From positions 17,918,001 through 17,982,000 of the forward strand of contig NC_043017.1 in the NCBI RefSeq assembly GCF_006345805.1: a DNA stretch of 64,000 nucleotides. The letters are read 5' to 3'. The notes beneath the pieces were generated by a model. It did no database searches and was not told where the DNA came from. It was given only the letters and a program-made list of their open reading frames with translations. Shown here in pieces: positions 12,706-25,203 of this stretch; positions within the stretch are counted from its first letter, which is position 1, and each line of letters opens with the position of its first letter. Both the position numbers and the translations under genes were made by a program. The stretch comes from Octopus sinensis. Taxonomy: Eukaryota.

Positions 12706-14436
12706 ATTTATTTACCATTGAAAAACAAGAAATTGCTGAAACCAGTTTGGTAATTTAATACATTTGTTACAAAATTTATTAATAAAAAAGAAAAACTACA
12801 ACTTGTTTTATGACCCAAGTGCATTTTCAACCTCCAAAACCAACTTCCCTATATTCATTCCTGGGAATACACTTCTTTTCTCCATATGTGTGTATGTGTG
12901 TGTGTGTAATATTAATGCAGTCTGGAAAATGGTAAAGATCAGAGGGAAAATATAAAGAACATAGAAATTTGGGAGGATGGTGGGGGGGAAGGGTTGATTT
13001 AAAAATTTTTTTTTATTTTCTCTTTGGCTGATAGATTTAGTTAATCAAAAGTCGTTAGCAGTAGAAGCTAAGTAAAAGCTTGTGATTTCCTCCTCCTCCT
13101 CCTCCTCCATCTTAAACTTGTGGTCGAGTGTTTGCTGTGATTATCAAAATCAAGGGTTAAAAATGATTTGTCGTTTGTTTCTGATTCAAAGAAACTAACC
13201 TTGAACCATTTGGACATGGAAGGCGTGGTGGGAATGGTGACTGCGTGTAACTTTGTTCGATATGTATTTTTTTTATTTGCTTTTCTATTAGTAGAACTCA
13301 ATCTCGGCACCTGACAGGTGAAAAACACAAAAACAAAACACCATTTTGCTGTTTCTTTTTTAATCAAAATTTCACATTAAAACAAAGAAAGGAAGATTTT
13401 TCTCCAGATTTCTTCAAGACCTGAATATCTTCCTTTATTAGACAGCAGTTTAATTTATTAGCTTCATAAAACACCCCCACCTCCCCATCCAAATTACTGG
13501 AGTAGTAATTCAACCCTTGCTAAAAATAAAAAGAAGAATTAAAATAGAAAGAAAAAAAAAAGCAAAAGAAAGAAAAAGAATAAATAAAAGCAAATATGAT
13601 AATGGCTCAGAATTCTGTTTTTGTTTTGTTCCAACTCACAAAATAATTGCTGTATGTTATTCCCACCATCATAAATCTTACTGACTCTCAAACAACATTG
13701 TAATAAAACTTAAATTTGGGTTTTATGATATTTCATTAAAACAATCAGAATCTTTTGTACTATTTTTATTTTTCATGTTCCCTCAAATCTTTTTTTTTTT
13801 TTTTTGCTTTTATTTCCGATATTTTTGCAGTGATATATATTTTACAATTTCTCACAGTAAGACATTTTTCTAGAACTTTTCATGGTATTTTTTCCCAATA
13901 CCTTTCATAGTGAGTTTTTATAAGACTTTTTACAGTGGATTTCTTCCTTGTCCCAACACTTTCCACAGTAGGTCTTCATTTTATAAAGCATATCACAGTG
14001 GGTATCTTCTTTTTCCATTTGTTATTTTCTTGTTGTACTTTAATTTTTGATTAAATTTAGTGTTTCTAAAAGATAAAAATACATTTGGAGATCAAATCCT
14101 AAATTTTTGGTGAGATTCTCTCATTAAAGAACAATAATTTTTAAGATAAGTAAAATTTGAGTGAGGCAGTAAAAGTCCTCTTTAGAGGTAACACCTTAAG
14201 AAAATACAAACATGTTGTTTAGGGAGTATCAGGGACCAAGCTAAAACTTTTTAGGGAGTATTATCAAGTAATATGATAAATATTCTTATTACTTTTATTC
14301 ATTTTCTGAGTTCAAATCCTGCCAAGATCAGCTTTGCCTTTCATCCTTCCAAGGTTGATGAAATAAAATACCAGTCAACTACTGGGGTTTGTATAAAACT
14401 GATAACATCTCTCCAAAATTTGTGGCTCTGTGCCTC

Positions 14437-14474
<38 letters not shown>

Positions 14475-14877
14475 GCTGTTGTTAATAATGAATCTTTAAT
14501 GTTCTCAGCCATGACTTGCCAAGAGCAATATTTAATTAGGAGGGACACAACTCAGAACATAATTATTAATTACTCCAAACTATTTAAATTGCATCAACAA
14601 CGAGGTAACAAACCGCATGGTTGCTTGACTTGCTGCTAGAAATAGCTGTCAAATCCCCCTCAGACCACCTGCTTAGAGAAGAGGAACACATTCAGTAATA
14701 AATTCCTGGGTGGGACATCCTATACCTAGCAAAAAGACAGGATTGTCATAGCTGAAATGCCTGAGACTTACTGAATCAGAGCTAAACAATAACAACATAG
14801 AATAAGACATTTAGTTATGAACACACACACATATATATACATTCACACACACACACACATATATATAAATATATATA

Positions 14878-15315
14878 TGGATCAAGACAGTTTGATTCAA
14901 ATTTGTTGCTACTCCAAGTTTCAAGCATGATGCTAATCTTCAACCGTTTTAAATTTGAATGAGAGTTGATTGATATTACTGTAAAGTGGGCTGTGATTGG
15001 TCAAGGAATGTCATGGTTTGATGTTGGTATATCAACAGCAATACTTACTTGGAAAATACAGCCTGGTGAACAGGAAATAGACCACATGGACAGGAAAACG
15101 ACCTCTTTCCTGTTCACCATGCAATATTTTCCAAGTAAGTGTTGTCGCTGATATACCATCAAACTGCAACACCATGTGACCTTCCTCAACTAATTGCAGC
15201 CCACCTTATGGTAATAACAATAAACTTCTCTCATTCAAATTCAAAATGGCTGAATATTAGCATCATGCTTGAAACTCTGAGTACCAATGAATTTGAATCA
15301 AACTGTTTCGATCCA
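14878..15315. mobile_element. Fold-back (palindromic) MITE with TA flanks
   Basis: About 200-bp diverged arms (tggatcaagacagtttgattcaaatt ... aatttgaatcaaactgtttcgatcca) around a short loop at about 15078-15105; TA at 14876-14877 and 15316-15317. Confidence 0.8.
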
Positions 15316-15722
15316 TACATGCAACTCCCAATAAAATTTTTGAGTGCCCTACTTTCATTTGTCCACTCACTCGTGTGTGTCTACACATATACATGTGTAT
15401 ATATATATATATGAGAGAACAAAGTGTATGTATGCAGCTATATATATATATATAAAAATACAAAATGAGACAAGAACGCAAAACATCCAGATAGACGATA
15501 GGAAAAAAAGTTGTCCGGATGTTTTGCGTTCTTGTCCCATTTTGTTTTTGCATTTATATATATATATATTATATATATATATATACAGCCTCAGCTGTGA
15601 ACTTGGAACCTAATGGATGACCAATTATAGCACTTATGCAGTGTACCTATTGGTTTACATCATCAGTGAACTAAACCCTGCATATTTTCTCTCTCTCTCT
15701 CAATATATATATGTATATATAT

Positions 15723-16007
15723 ATATAACAATTTAGGAGTGACCCCAACAGGTCACTCGTCCACCAGAAAGAGCAGCCATAACTCACACCGCCAAGTAGT
15801 AGTAATTCAGAAATTAGGTGAAAATTTAAAAACATTTACCCTAATTCATCTTTTAGACGTTGCAACGTTGCATCTAAAAGATGAATTAGGGTAAATGTTT
15901 TTAAATTTTCACCTAATTTCTGAATTACTACTACTTGGCGGTGTGAGTTATGGCTGCTCTTTCTGGTGGACGAGTGACCTGTTGGGGTCACTCCTAAATT
16001 GTTATAT
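15723..16007. repeat. Perfect long inverted repeat (135-bp arms, 15-nt spacer)
   Basis: 15723-15857 is the exact reverse complement of 15873-16007; spacer cgttgcaacgttgca. Confidence 0.93.
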
Positions 16008-16101
16008 TTATATATTTAGTCGATGACTATTTTCTCTTTTCCACCAGGCCGCTGGTAGCGATAAATTTCTATTGAATTTTTTTGCTACCCTAAATTGACT
16101 A

Positions 16102-16146
<45 letters not shown>

Positions 16147-17050
16147 TACATACAGAGAGAGAGCAAGGTAGTGTGTGTGTGCGTGTATGTATGTATGTAT
16201 ATAGATAATTGATAAATAATTGTTGTCTTGTTCTCTCCCACCTCCACCACCCACTGAATTTTAAGCTAACTTTCTTACTAAGCTATTTCCAATATGTCCA
16301 TTTATGCTTAGTATTAAAGTTGGGACTTATCACATTATTATTATTATTATTATTATTATTAATAAATGATGCAGAGAAATGAAAAAAAAGCTTGGGTAAA
16401 CTTAATTTTCTTTTTTTAAATCATTTTTTAATGCTCTTTTTAATTTTTTCCATTGTTTCCCCTCGAAAATAAAAGAAAAAAACAAAGAAACCAAAGCATT
16501 TTTCTCATAGAGAATTAATTTTTAAAAAATTCCATTGAAAGAAAATCCTCCAATCGTGTCTATATCAAGAAATGTATTGATTATGTATTGACGATGTATA
16601 AGAGATTCACTCAAAGAAAAAAAGTTGAACCAATTCTTATTAGCAAATAAAATCAATTAAAAAGCCAAAAAAATTCTGAAGTAGCTTTATATAATCATTT
16701 GAGTTTATTCACCAATTTTTGTATTGGTGACATTATGCGTTTTCCTCTCGGGATGTTATTTGATAACTGCATTGGTCGTTTCCTTCATCTCTTGTGATAC
16801 ATTAGTCATGTCTGTTTTCCTCCAACAGTGTTGTTAACGGTATTGGCTGTTTCCACCCACTGTAATGTACCAGTAAATGATAAGTATTGCATAGTGTACC
16901 ACTGTAACTCTCAGCCTTCTATATAAAGCCAACAGAAATACGTTAAAAAAAAACTGTTGAGAATGACAAAGGTGCCGACAGTTTTGGAATGTATCCAGGC
17001 AACACTGTCACAAATGATGCAGGAATAACCAGCAACATTACTAATTCGTG

Positions 17051-17350
17051 GAGGCGCAATGGCCCAGTGGTTAGGGCAGCGGATTCGCGGCCGTAGGATC
17101 ACAGTTTTGACTCCCAGACCGGGTGTAGTGAGTGTTTATTGAGCGAAAACACCTAAAGCTCCATGAGGCTCCGGTAGGGGAAGGGGTGATCCCTGCTGTA
17201 CTCTTTCACCACAACTTTCTCTCACTCTTTCTTCTGTTGGCCTGCTCGCTTAGCCAGCGGGGTGGCGTCATTTGAAGGCTAAAACAATCCAAAGCGCATT
17301 GTGACCAGCGATGTGTAGCAACATCTGATAGCCTGGTCGGTCACGGTGAT
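17051..17350 (+). mobile_element. tRNA-type SINE, family C
   Basis: Head GGCGCAATGGCCCAGTGGTTAGGGC (A-box) and degenerate B-box GTTTTGACTCCC; not a complete tRNA cloverleaf. Confidence 0.75.
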
Positions 17351-17354
17351 TACT

Positions 17355-17480
17355 AATTCAGAATGTGCAACTTCTGCTTCCAAGAGAAACTCCACATCAT
17401 GCATGACACCGTTCTCATTCTAAACAAAAGTTTTGGACTTATTTCAAACTTACTACCATGCACCAAAGTTATTCTGAGCC
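17355..17480 (+). mobile_element. PLE GIY-YIG C-terminal fragment
   Basis: CNFCFQEKLHI...LNKSFGLIS resembles the CxLCxxEK...LNxRxEL pattern also seen in ORF 51660-52244. Confidence 0.45.
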
Positions 17481-17879
17481 AATTCAAAATATATCCAACT
17501 TGTTTACCTAATAAAATGAATGGAAACCACCACAAATATGATCAACTACATGATTAACTCTAAAGTAAAACCACCTTGTTACTACCTGTCAAAAAACACA
17601 AACCAATGAAATGGTGCCTGACACCGTTCCATACCCTGACTGCCGTTCCATTCAAACCCCCCAAAAAACCCAAAAGCAGTCCCATAATTCTTGAGTTAGC
17701 CAGCTGAAATGTTGGAATATCTTGGCGGTAAGTTTGAATATTTTTATCCAAAACATCCGTTTGTACTATTATATTTTTGCAGTGTTTTGAAAACAAAAAT
17801 ATAATCTATATTATATTTCTTATTTCAGAAATAGCTAATTAATCTTAAATTAATTTAACTAAGGGTATTTTTCCGTTTT

Positions 17880-20072
17880 GTTGAAATTGACTTACAATTT
17901 ACGCCGGCGCTTCCACGTGGGTTCTTATATAAGAGCAGCCTTTTTCGAAATTAGTGAAATGTGTGTTATAAACGATATTTTGAGAAATAGTTTTTCGAAA
18001 AGAGACTTCGATGGAAAACAATTAATTATAAACGGTGGCAGACCAAACCGAATTTACGTAATTTGCGAAGCCACAAGAAATTCACGAGACAATTTCAGGT
18101 TAATTTGTATGAAAAGAAAAAACGGTTAACTGGAAGTGTTGCTCTTAATAAATTATTCTGTTGGCCGTGTTTACTTTTTGGCTTAGAAAAAAATGTTTGG
18201 AATGATAAAGGCTATGATGATTTAAATAATTTACATATGGCTATGCCAAAGCACAAGCGTTCTCAAAGGCATATAAAATGTTTGATTGATCTTAAAATAT
18301 TCGGGAATGTTCGCATAGGCTTACAATTAGATGCACGTAAAAATCAAAGCATACAACATCATAATGAGAAAGTTAAACGAAACAGATCCATTCTGCAACG
18401 ATTGATCGATGTTGTTATTTTTTTAGGCCTCCAGGAATTATCGTTTCGGGGTCATTTTGAATCTGAAGGCTCTAATAATCGTGGAAATTATAAAGAACTC
18501 GTAAATTTGATCAGTAAATATGACCAAAAAAATGGAAAATTCTATCTTCACCGGTCTGTCAAACAGAATTCAAAATGACTTGATCGAAGCAATTCATAAA
18601 GTTATGTTGAATGAGATGCAGAAGGAAATTGAGAAAGCTAAGTTTGTTTCTATTGTTGTTGATGAGACATCTGATGTCTCAGCATCTTCACAACTGTCAA
18701 CAGTTTTACGTTATGTTACAGAAGATTGTGTGACGAAAGAACGATTTATCGGTTTTAGTGATGTTAGTGCAGATCGATCTGCAAATGCTTTATCTGAACA
18801 TGTTTTTAAATGCATTGAGACGTGGGAATGTGGAAACAAATTGATTGCACAGACATATGATGGTGCCGCTACAATGGCAGGACAACTAAATGGGTTACAG
18901 GCAAAAGTAAGAAAGAAATATGAATGTGCGATCTTTATTCGTTGTTGTGCCCATATCCTAAATTTAGTTCTTTCACAATCATGCTCTGCTATGAAAGAAT
19001 GCAAGATATTTTTTTCTACAATAAACGGACTCGGTACATTTTTTACGAAATCACCGAAAGGGCTAATGCATTAGATAATATTGTTAAAAAAGATTTCCGA
19101 AAGCAACAGCAACTAGATGGATTTACTCCTCACGTCTTATTATTACCACAAAAGAAAATTATAATTTCATAATCAGCCTTTTTGAACACATCATTGAAAA
19201 TCCTGAAGTATGGGATGATACCACCATAAATTCAGCAATTGGATTCTTACACACTTTAAAAGCTCCTGATTTCTTATTTTTGTTAGAAGTATTCAGTGAC
19301 ATTTTTTCTTTTACTGACGTCTTATTTAACATCCTCCAGAGTAAAAATCATGACATAGTGTATTGTAAAGAGCAAATAGATAAAACTAGAACTGTACTCG
19401 AAAACAACTTGATAATTTTTCAATCTTTTATGATAGGCTAGGGGGGAAATATGGAGTCGATGCAGGAATCGGAATTCAGAGATCCAAGAATATATCTATT
19501 GATCCCCAACGACATTATAGAATGCTTTATAACAAAATTATCAGTACAATAGTTGACCAAATAAAAGCACGATATTCATCCTTAGAAGAGTTTAAATTCA
19601 TGGAACTTTTGAATTTCAATAAAGTTGATGAGTATTGCAAACAATTTCCTGTGGACTCTTTAAATTCTTTAAGAAAAACTTATGGCAGATTTTTTGATGT
19701 AATACAATTACAAACTGAGCTCAATGTGATGTATTCAATGAAAGATGTTAAAAAAAAACAAGTGTAAGTCATTTAATGAGTTACATTAACAGCAGTGATC
19801 TTGTTGAAGCTATGCCAGAACTCTTCAATCTGTGCAAGTTGATTTTGACAATTCCGTCTACCACTGCTTCTGTAGAGCGATCCTTTTCTGCATTAAGTAG
19901 AATTAAAACATACCAAAGAAATGCGACAAGAGAAAGAATACTGTCTGGGTTAGCACTAATGTCAACTGAAAAAGATTTATTACAAGAATTGATGAAAAGA
20001 GAAGATTTCTATGAAAATATGATAGATATATTTGCCCCAAAAGATCGAAGAATTGAATTAATTCATAAATGA
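17880..20072 (+). pseudogene. hAT transposase (ZMYM1/DUF4371-like), fragmented
   Basis: LFCWPCLLF, LSFRGH...GNYKEL, IQNDLI, SIVVDET (D1), QTYDGA (D2), CCAH (CxxH), ASVERSFS (E) across ORFs 18063-18578, 18520-19074, 19522-19767 and 19776-20072; TIRs not identified. Confidence 0.9.
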
Positions 20073-20773
20073 GGTAAATAACATTTTAAAACATTAAAAA
20101 AATTTATATATTAAAGAGCATTTATTACAGGTTTTGATTAGTGTTTGTTGTAACGTAAGGTTCGACCTTCTTACATCAGTATTGTTTCGCAGGAGAAATG
20201 TTTCGATTTCTTCGTCAAACCTAACCTACATAGATTTCCCTTTCTGTGCTGCTTGGGTGTAGTCTATTTACGGCCGTAAATAAGTGTTTTGTTTCACTTT
20301 CAATAAGTGTCTTGTTTCAATCTCAGAGATGTTGACTTCTGCCACAACAGTTTTGGGAGGCTTTTTACAATGTTGAATTTTCGCTGTCTTTCATTGTGTG
20401 TGTATTCATGTATATGCGTGTATTTTCAACGTGTGTGCGTGAGACGTAGTCTTTTAATGTACGGAGTTCAGTAAGTCTCAGAACAGTCAATAATTTTCCC
20501 GGAATGACAAGTAGCATGATAAAGCACCTGACTTGTCTTCGAGAGCGTAACGATCTAAAACCATGGCCATATAATGTAACTAAATGTGTTCTTTTAATTA
20601 AATCATTTCAAATTGATTCGGCTCAACCAATAGGTATAGGGGCTAATGCAGAATCGCACCTCTTTGAAAAACGAATTTTTGTGAGAAATTTTTTTCGGAT
20701 TCCTACCTTTAACAGAGATTCTGAATATGCAAAAATATTGACAGAATCCAATTTCATCTTTATTACATTTCAC

Positions 20774-21122
20774 GGCGATATTTCGTCTCTAGTAGACCTT
20801 TCCGTCGATTTCCGTAAAAAAATTTTTTTTTTTTTATGGGCTTGCGGGAAAAAATTTCAGTTATCTCTTTCTTTCACACACACTAACAGAAGCACTTCAC
20901 TTACACAACATACTGTCTCCCACACCCCATCAAACACACACACATGTACATCAATGCTTGCCATGCACGGTAACTTCAAAAGAACTTCCCTCGTCATAAA
21001 ATGGCTTCCTCTTAGTCTCTTTCGCTCTCATTACTTCAAAAGTTCCCGCAAGCCCATATGTAAAAAAAAAAAAAAGTTTTACGGAAATCGACGGAAAGGT
21101 CTACTAGGGACGAAAGATTGCC
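20774..21122. mobile_element. MITE with about 75-bp TIRs and 8-bp TSD (Merlin-like or hAT)
   Basis: TIR GGC(G/A)AT(A/C)TTTCGTC.CTAGTAGACCTTTCCGTCGATTTCCGTAAAA...; TSD catttcac at 20766-20773 and 21123-21130. Confidence 0.85.
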
Positions 21123-21775
21123 CATTTCACTTATGATTTTTAGACTTTTCTAAGGGAGAATGAGGATGGGAAAGTACTGACGTTTCGAAGAGCAAAGAAT
21201 AATACAAACAATAAACTTATTTTAGGCTCATCTCTACACAGCCATTTTTTATTCCCTGTTTATTCTAGGTCATACAAGGGTGATTGCATATTCAGAATCT
21301 CTTATATGTAAATCGTAGGAATACGAAAATGTTTCACTGAAAAATGTACAAAAAGAATCAAATTTTGTTTATCAAAATTTCATCAAACTCTAGTATTCTT
21401 CATATATAATAACGACGTTGTTAATATATACAATACTTCAAACAAGCAACATTCTTTTTAAAAATATTTTATTGAAAATTTAAAAGAAATGAAGGAGAAT
21501 GTTTTAACAACTGAAGAAAAACAGTATTTTTATAATACTGTATATGTGTCCGGTTGTTTGCCATTTTAGTACATGGATATGTACGTTACTGTCTGTGTGA
21601 TTACATGTATGGTATGTCACTCTGTATATGTGAAGTATATATATGTTAGTGTGCATATTATTGTCTGTATGCGCTGTGCATATTATATATGTGTGAGTAG
21701 ATTTGTTAGTGTCTGTAAAATTTACAATCAGTTCTCCCCCTCTCTATTTGTTCCAATAGAAACAATAAAAACCTA

Positions 21776-22972
21776 TTATTCTGCTGATGTTGTATCATTG
21801 ATAGTGTCCCGTGTCAAAGTCCAAATGCTTCCATTGTGGGTAGCAGAAGCATCTGTTCCAATTTTACGATTTCTAAAATTCCTACGCAGTACTCTCTGTG
21901 TCATCCACCTGTTTCTGAGTGCCCTCTGGAAGTCTTGTCGCATGAATGTATAAAGAAGTGGATGTAAGAGAGCTGTGGAGAAAGCAATGACAAGTCCAAT
22001 AAAACGTAGCATCTCTGCTGTTATATCATGCAGAGCAATACTGATGCAGGAAATAATGATGTGGGGCCCCCAGCAAATGATGAATGAAGAAACAATGGCC
22101 AGTGTCATCTTGGTCAGACGCCGATCCTGTAGTTTCCAAATGGACTCCTCTGCAGTACTGCCCCCTGTAAAGGCTAGTGTGGCCCGGATTAATGCTAAAC
22201 GGACAGCGAGTCGTTGCTTAGCAACTCGGAAAATGTAGTAGTAGCAGACAATCATGCCAGTCATGCAGAGGAAGAAGTACAACATGAAGTAAACATCATG
22301 GAATGGGAAGAAATGGGCTGAATAAATGAAGTGTTGGCATGTGTGCAGTTTCCATTGCCAGTTGACATCTTCTGTAGACTCAGTTACATCTTTGGAGCTG
22401 GCGAAGGTTTTGTGGAGTTCATGAGATGATGAGTTTGAAGAATTTGAATTTGGTGATATTGAAGATAGAGTTGATGAATGCAATTCTGTTACAGGTGGCA
22501 ACAAGGAAAAGTCTACCCCAATAAATGGAGAACACAACCCAAACAAAGAACTTGTCCAAATGGCAAGAAGAGTTTTTTTCATGTTGGATTGAATTATTTT
22601 TTTTCTTAATGGTGTCACCACAGCTTCATAACGATCGATGCTGATGGTGAGCAGGGTGATAGCACTAGCTGTACTAACAAATGTGATGTTGGCTTGGTGA
22701 AAGAAACATGGTAGGACACAACATTGTCCTTGGTAGCTCTGTAATAGGACAAGTGTGAGAGGAATGGCTGTGACACAAATAAGAATATCAACAATATTTA
22801 AATTAATGATGAGAAAGTTGTCTGTTTTCTGGGTTTTGAAACTCTTGTGGTATGTAATGAGGACAATGAGGTTACACACCAAGCCACCAATACATTCGAT
22901 GACAAGAGCCATTGAGAGTGTGTAGATAAAACCTGAAGATATCTCAGATGGTACAATGCTGCTAGATTCCAT
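21776..22972 (-). CDS. GPR22: Class A orphan GPCR, GPR22-like, 398 aa, uninterrupted ORF
   Basis: Seven hydrophobic segments; NLNIVDILICVTAIPLTLV, CFFHQA...TISIDRY, SPFIGVDF, FIICWGP and HPLLYTFMRQDFQRAL. From memory these match human GPR22 NLHVLDVIICVGCIPLTIV, CCFHEA...AITLDRY, PFIEVNF and HPLLYAFTRQKFQKVL. Confidence 0.88.
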   Translation of the reverse strand: MESSSIVPSEISSGFIYTLSMALVIECIGGLVCNLIVLITYHKSFKTQKTDNFLIINLNIVDILICVTAIPLTLVLLQSYQGQCCVLPCFFHQANITFVSTASAITLLTISIDRYEAVVTPLRKKIIQSNMKKTLLAIWTSSLFGLCSPFIGVDFSLLPPVTELHSSTLSSISPNSNSSNSSSHELHKTFASSKDVTESTEDVNWQWKLHTCQHFIYSAHFFPFHDVYFMLYFFLCMTGMIVCYYYIFRVAKQRLAVRLALIRATLAFTGGSTAEESIWKLQDRRLTKMTLAIVSSFIICWGPHIIISCISIALHDITAEMLRFIGLVIAFSTALLHPLLYTFMRQDFQRALRNRWMTQRVLRRNFRNRKIGTDASATHNGSIWTLTRDTINDTTSAE

Positions 22973-24791
22973 TTTGGATAGATCCTCCTGATGTTGTTAA
23001 TAAAATAAGGGACCAGTCAAACACTGTAGGTGTAGTTAAATCAATTAAAACAGCCCTTCAAATATATCACCTTGTCAAACTCTGAGAAAACAGGACTACC
23101 TGGTGCTAACCAAATGAAAGTTAAAATGATTTTATTCTTGCCACTCATTGATAGATTTCACACAAAATATCATTCTGCTTATTTCAGTTTCGAAACGAGA
23201 TGGTGAATAAAAACTAAATTTTTAATCATTTTTAAATCATTAAATTATAATTATTGTTGGTGACATTAAAATTTAATCCTGATTTGTTTCAGCTTTTTCT
23301 GGGTGTCTTTCATTATTCCTCAAGCAGCAAGTTTAGTTTTTCTTCAGTGGAACTCCTCAAACAAAGATTCTTTTATAATGACATTTGCTTGGTTGGCACA
23401 ATTGTGTGTTCAGAAAATTTATTTCTTTTTTTCTGCTTTTCTTTTCTTTTTGTTCTTTTTGTTTGCTAATTTCTTAACTTGTAATAATCTGTTTGACAAA
23501 AAGGAGTATGGCAAATCATGTCAAGAAAAATAAGGATCTCTGTGATAGGGACAGCAGTCTGACAGGAACAAAGCTCTGTTTGGAAAACAAGTCAAAATAT
23601 TTAGCAAACTTTTGAGAACTTTGGTATGTTTGTTGAGACAGCATGTTGATCAGTTGGTTGGTGTTATCAATGGAAGGACACATCTTGGTAATTGAGGGTA
23701 TAGAGTGTGTAAAAAGAATTAACTGCCCTCATTGGGATGTCATTGAAAGGAATAAATTAGAGAACAGGTGTAGTGGTGTCATACTAATATCTAAGTATGT
23801 TTAATTGACTTCCTTGAAAACATGAGAGATGAGTTTTGATGCATCACATTCTGTGAAGGAAGTTTTATTTGCTTGGTGGGAATCGTCTTCAGTTTCCAGT
23901 TTCTTGAAGCTGTTAAAAGAAAAAAAGTATAGTTATATGAATGATTGTGTATATGTATGTGTGTATCTCTCTCTCTCTCTCTCTCTCTCCTCTCCTCCCC
24001 CCCTCTCCACAGCAGATGTGTTAAGACCGGTTTCTCATCAGAGGTATAAGGCACTCATGGCAGTGCCCCGTAAAAGCACCCAGCACACTCTGTAAAGTGG
24101 TTGGCATTAGGAGGGGCATCCAGGCATAGAAACCATCCAACACATATCAGCATGGACAACAAACGTTAAATTATGCTGATGCTGATACACAACAAACATA
24201 AAAGGAATAATCAACTGCTAAAGCATTTGATCTCAATTCCTCTCAATAGAATGTACCACACAGAAAATTTGAAATTATTCGACTGTAGCTTGAATTACAG
24301 TGATACAACAACCATTTGGATGGATGCAAGCAAGATGTCAGGAGAGATTCCGAAGATCAACAGATGGGCACAAACACAGTGAATTCAGTGAGGGAAGAGA
24401 AGGAATCATTCAAGGATTAAAATATTGGTTTATTTCTTTCGCGTATAGAAATTTTATTATATGGTAATGGTTATTTCCCTTTCTACATTGTTATAATATC
24501 GGTTATTTCCCTTTATTTTTTAAACGTTGCTTTCAAATTTATGTACAAGGCCAGCAATTTGAGGCGAGGTGGTAAATCGATTACATCGACCCCGCCATTC
24601 AAATGGTACATATTTTGTCGACTCCAAAAGGATGAAAGGCAACGACAACTTCGGTGACATTTGAACTCAGAACACAAAGTCGGAAGGCATAGAGCTAAGC
24701 ATTTTTCCTGCCTCAGTAATGATTTTACCAGCTTGTTACATTTTTATTTATTGCAATATAATTTATTTCCTCCATCCATCGCAAACGTTCC

Positions 24792-25203
24792 CGGACCTTT
24801 TCGGTTTGAACGGCAGTTTTTAACATAATTTCTAGGTAACTAAAAAAATTAAAACTTCGTATACAGGTAGAATGTGTTTATAAAACATCTTTTTCTCTTG
24901 GCTTTATTGAGAAAATTCTATAGTTTGTAAGATATTTGTTGTTTTTTTCTGCAATTTCAACCAATCACTGACGTCCATTGAGGTAAAAAAAACATTCTGT
25001 GCCGTATGAATATGTCCCTCATTTAAGAAACAGATTGGGTTTATTTACATTTGTGAAGAAAAAAAGATACCCTTCTCCCCACCCCTAACCCTAACCCTAA
25101 AACAGATTGAAATGCAATAGATCGATACTAGGGTCATAATTATGGGTGACAATTTCACATGACACCGCTAGAAAAAAACTGCCGTTCAAACCGAAAAGAT
25201 CCC
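24792..25203. mobile_element. Non-autonomous TIR element (MITE), superfamily unclear
   Basis: About 30-bp TIRs cggaccttttcggtttgaacggcagttttt / aaaaactgccgttcaaaccgaaaagatccc; apparent cgttcc duplication (24786-24791, 25204-25209); internal (CCCTAA)3 at 25083-25100. Confidence 0.75.

Noticed and set aside
15630-15680. Minus-strand CTGATGA-TGTA..TACA as a hammerhead
   Set aside because: No GAAA after stem II and no stem I partner.
16030-16095. Plus-strand acceptor ttttctcttttccaccag
   Set aside because: All frames close quickly and there is no convincing donor.
17051-17125. tRNA gene
   Set aside because: A/B-box-like head only; no acceptor stem or terminator, and it continues into a SINE body.
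17540-20560. Terminal inverted repeats for the hAT element
   Set aside because: No convincing TIR/TSD pair found by eye.
20504-21136. 210-aa plus-strand ORF
   Set aside because: Runs through a MITE and poly-A/T tracts; no recognisable domain.
24025-24050. Minus-strand CTGATGAGAAACCGGTC as a hammerhead
   Set aside because: No stem II and no stem I complementarity.
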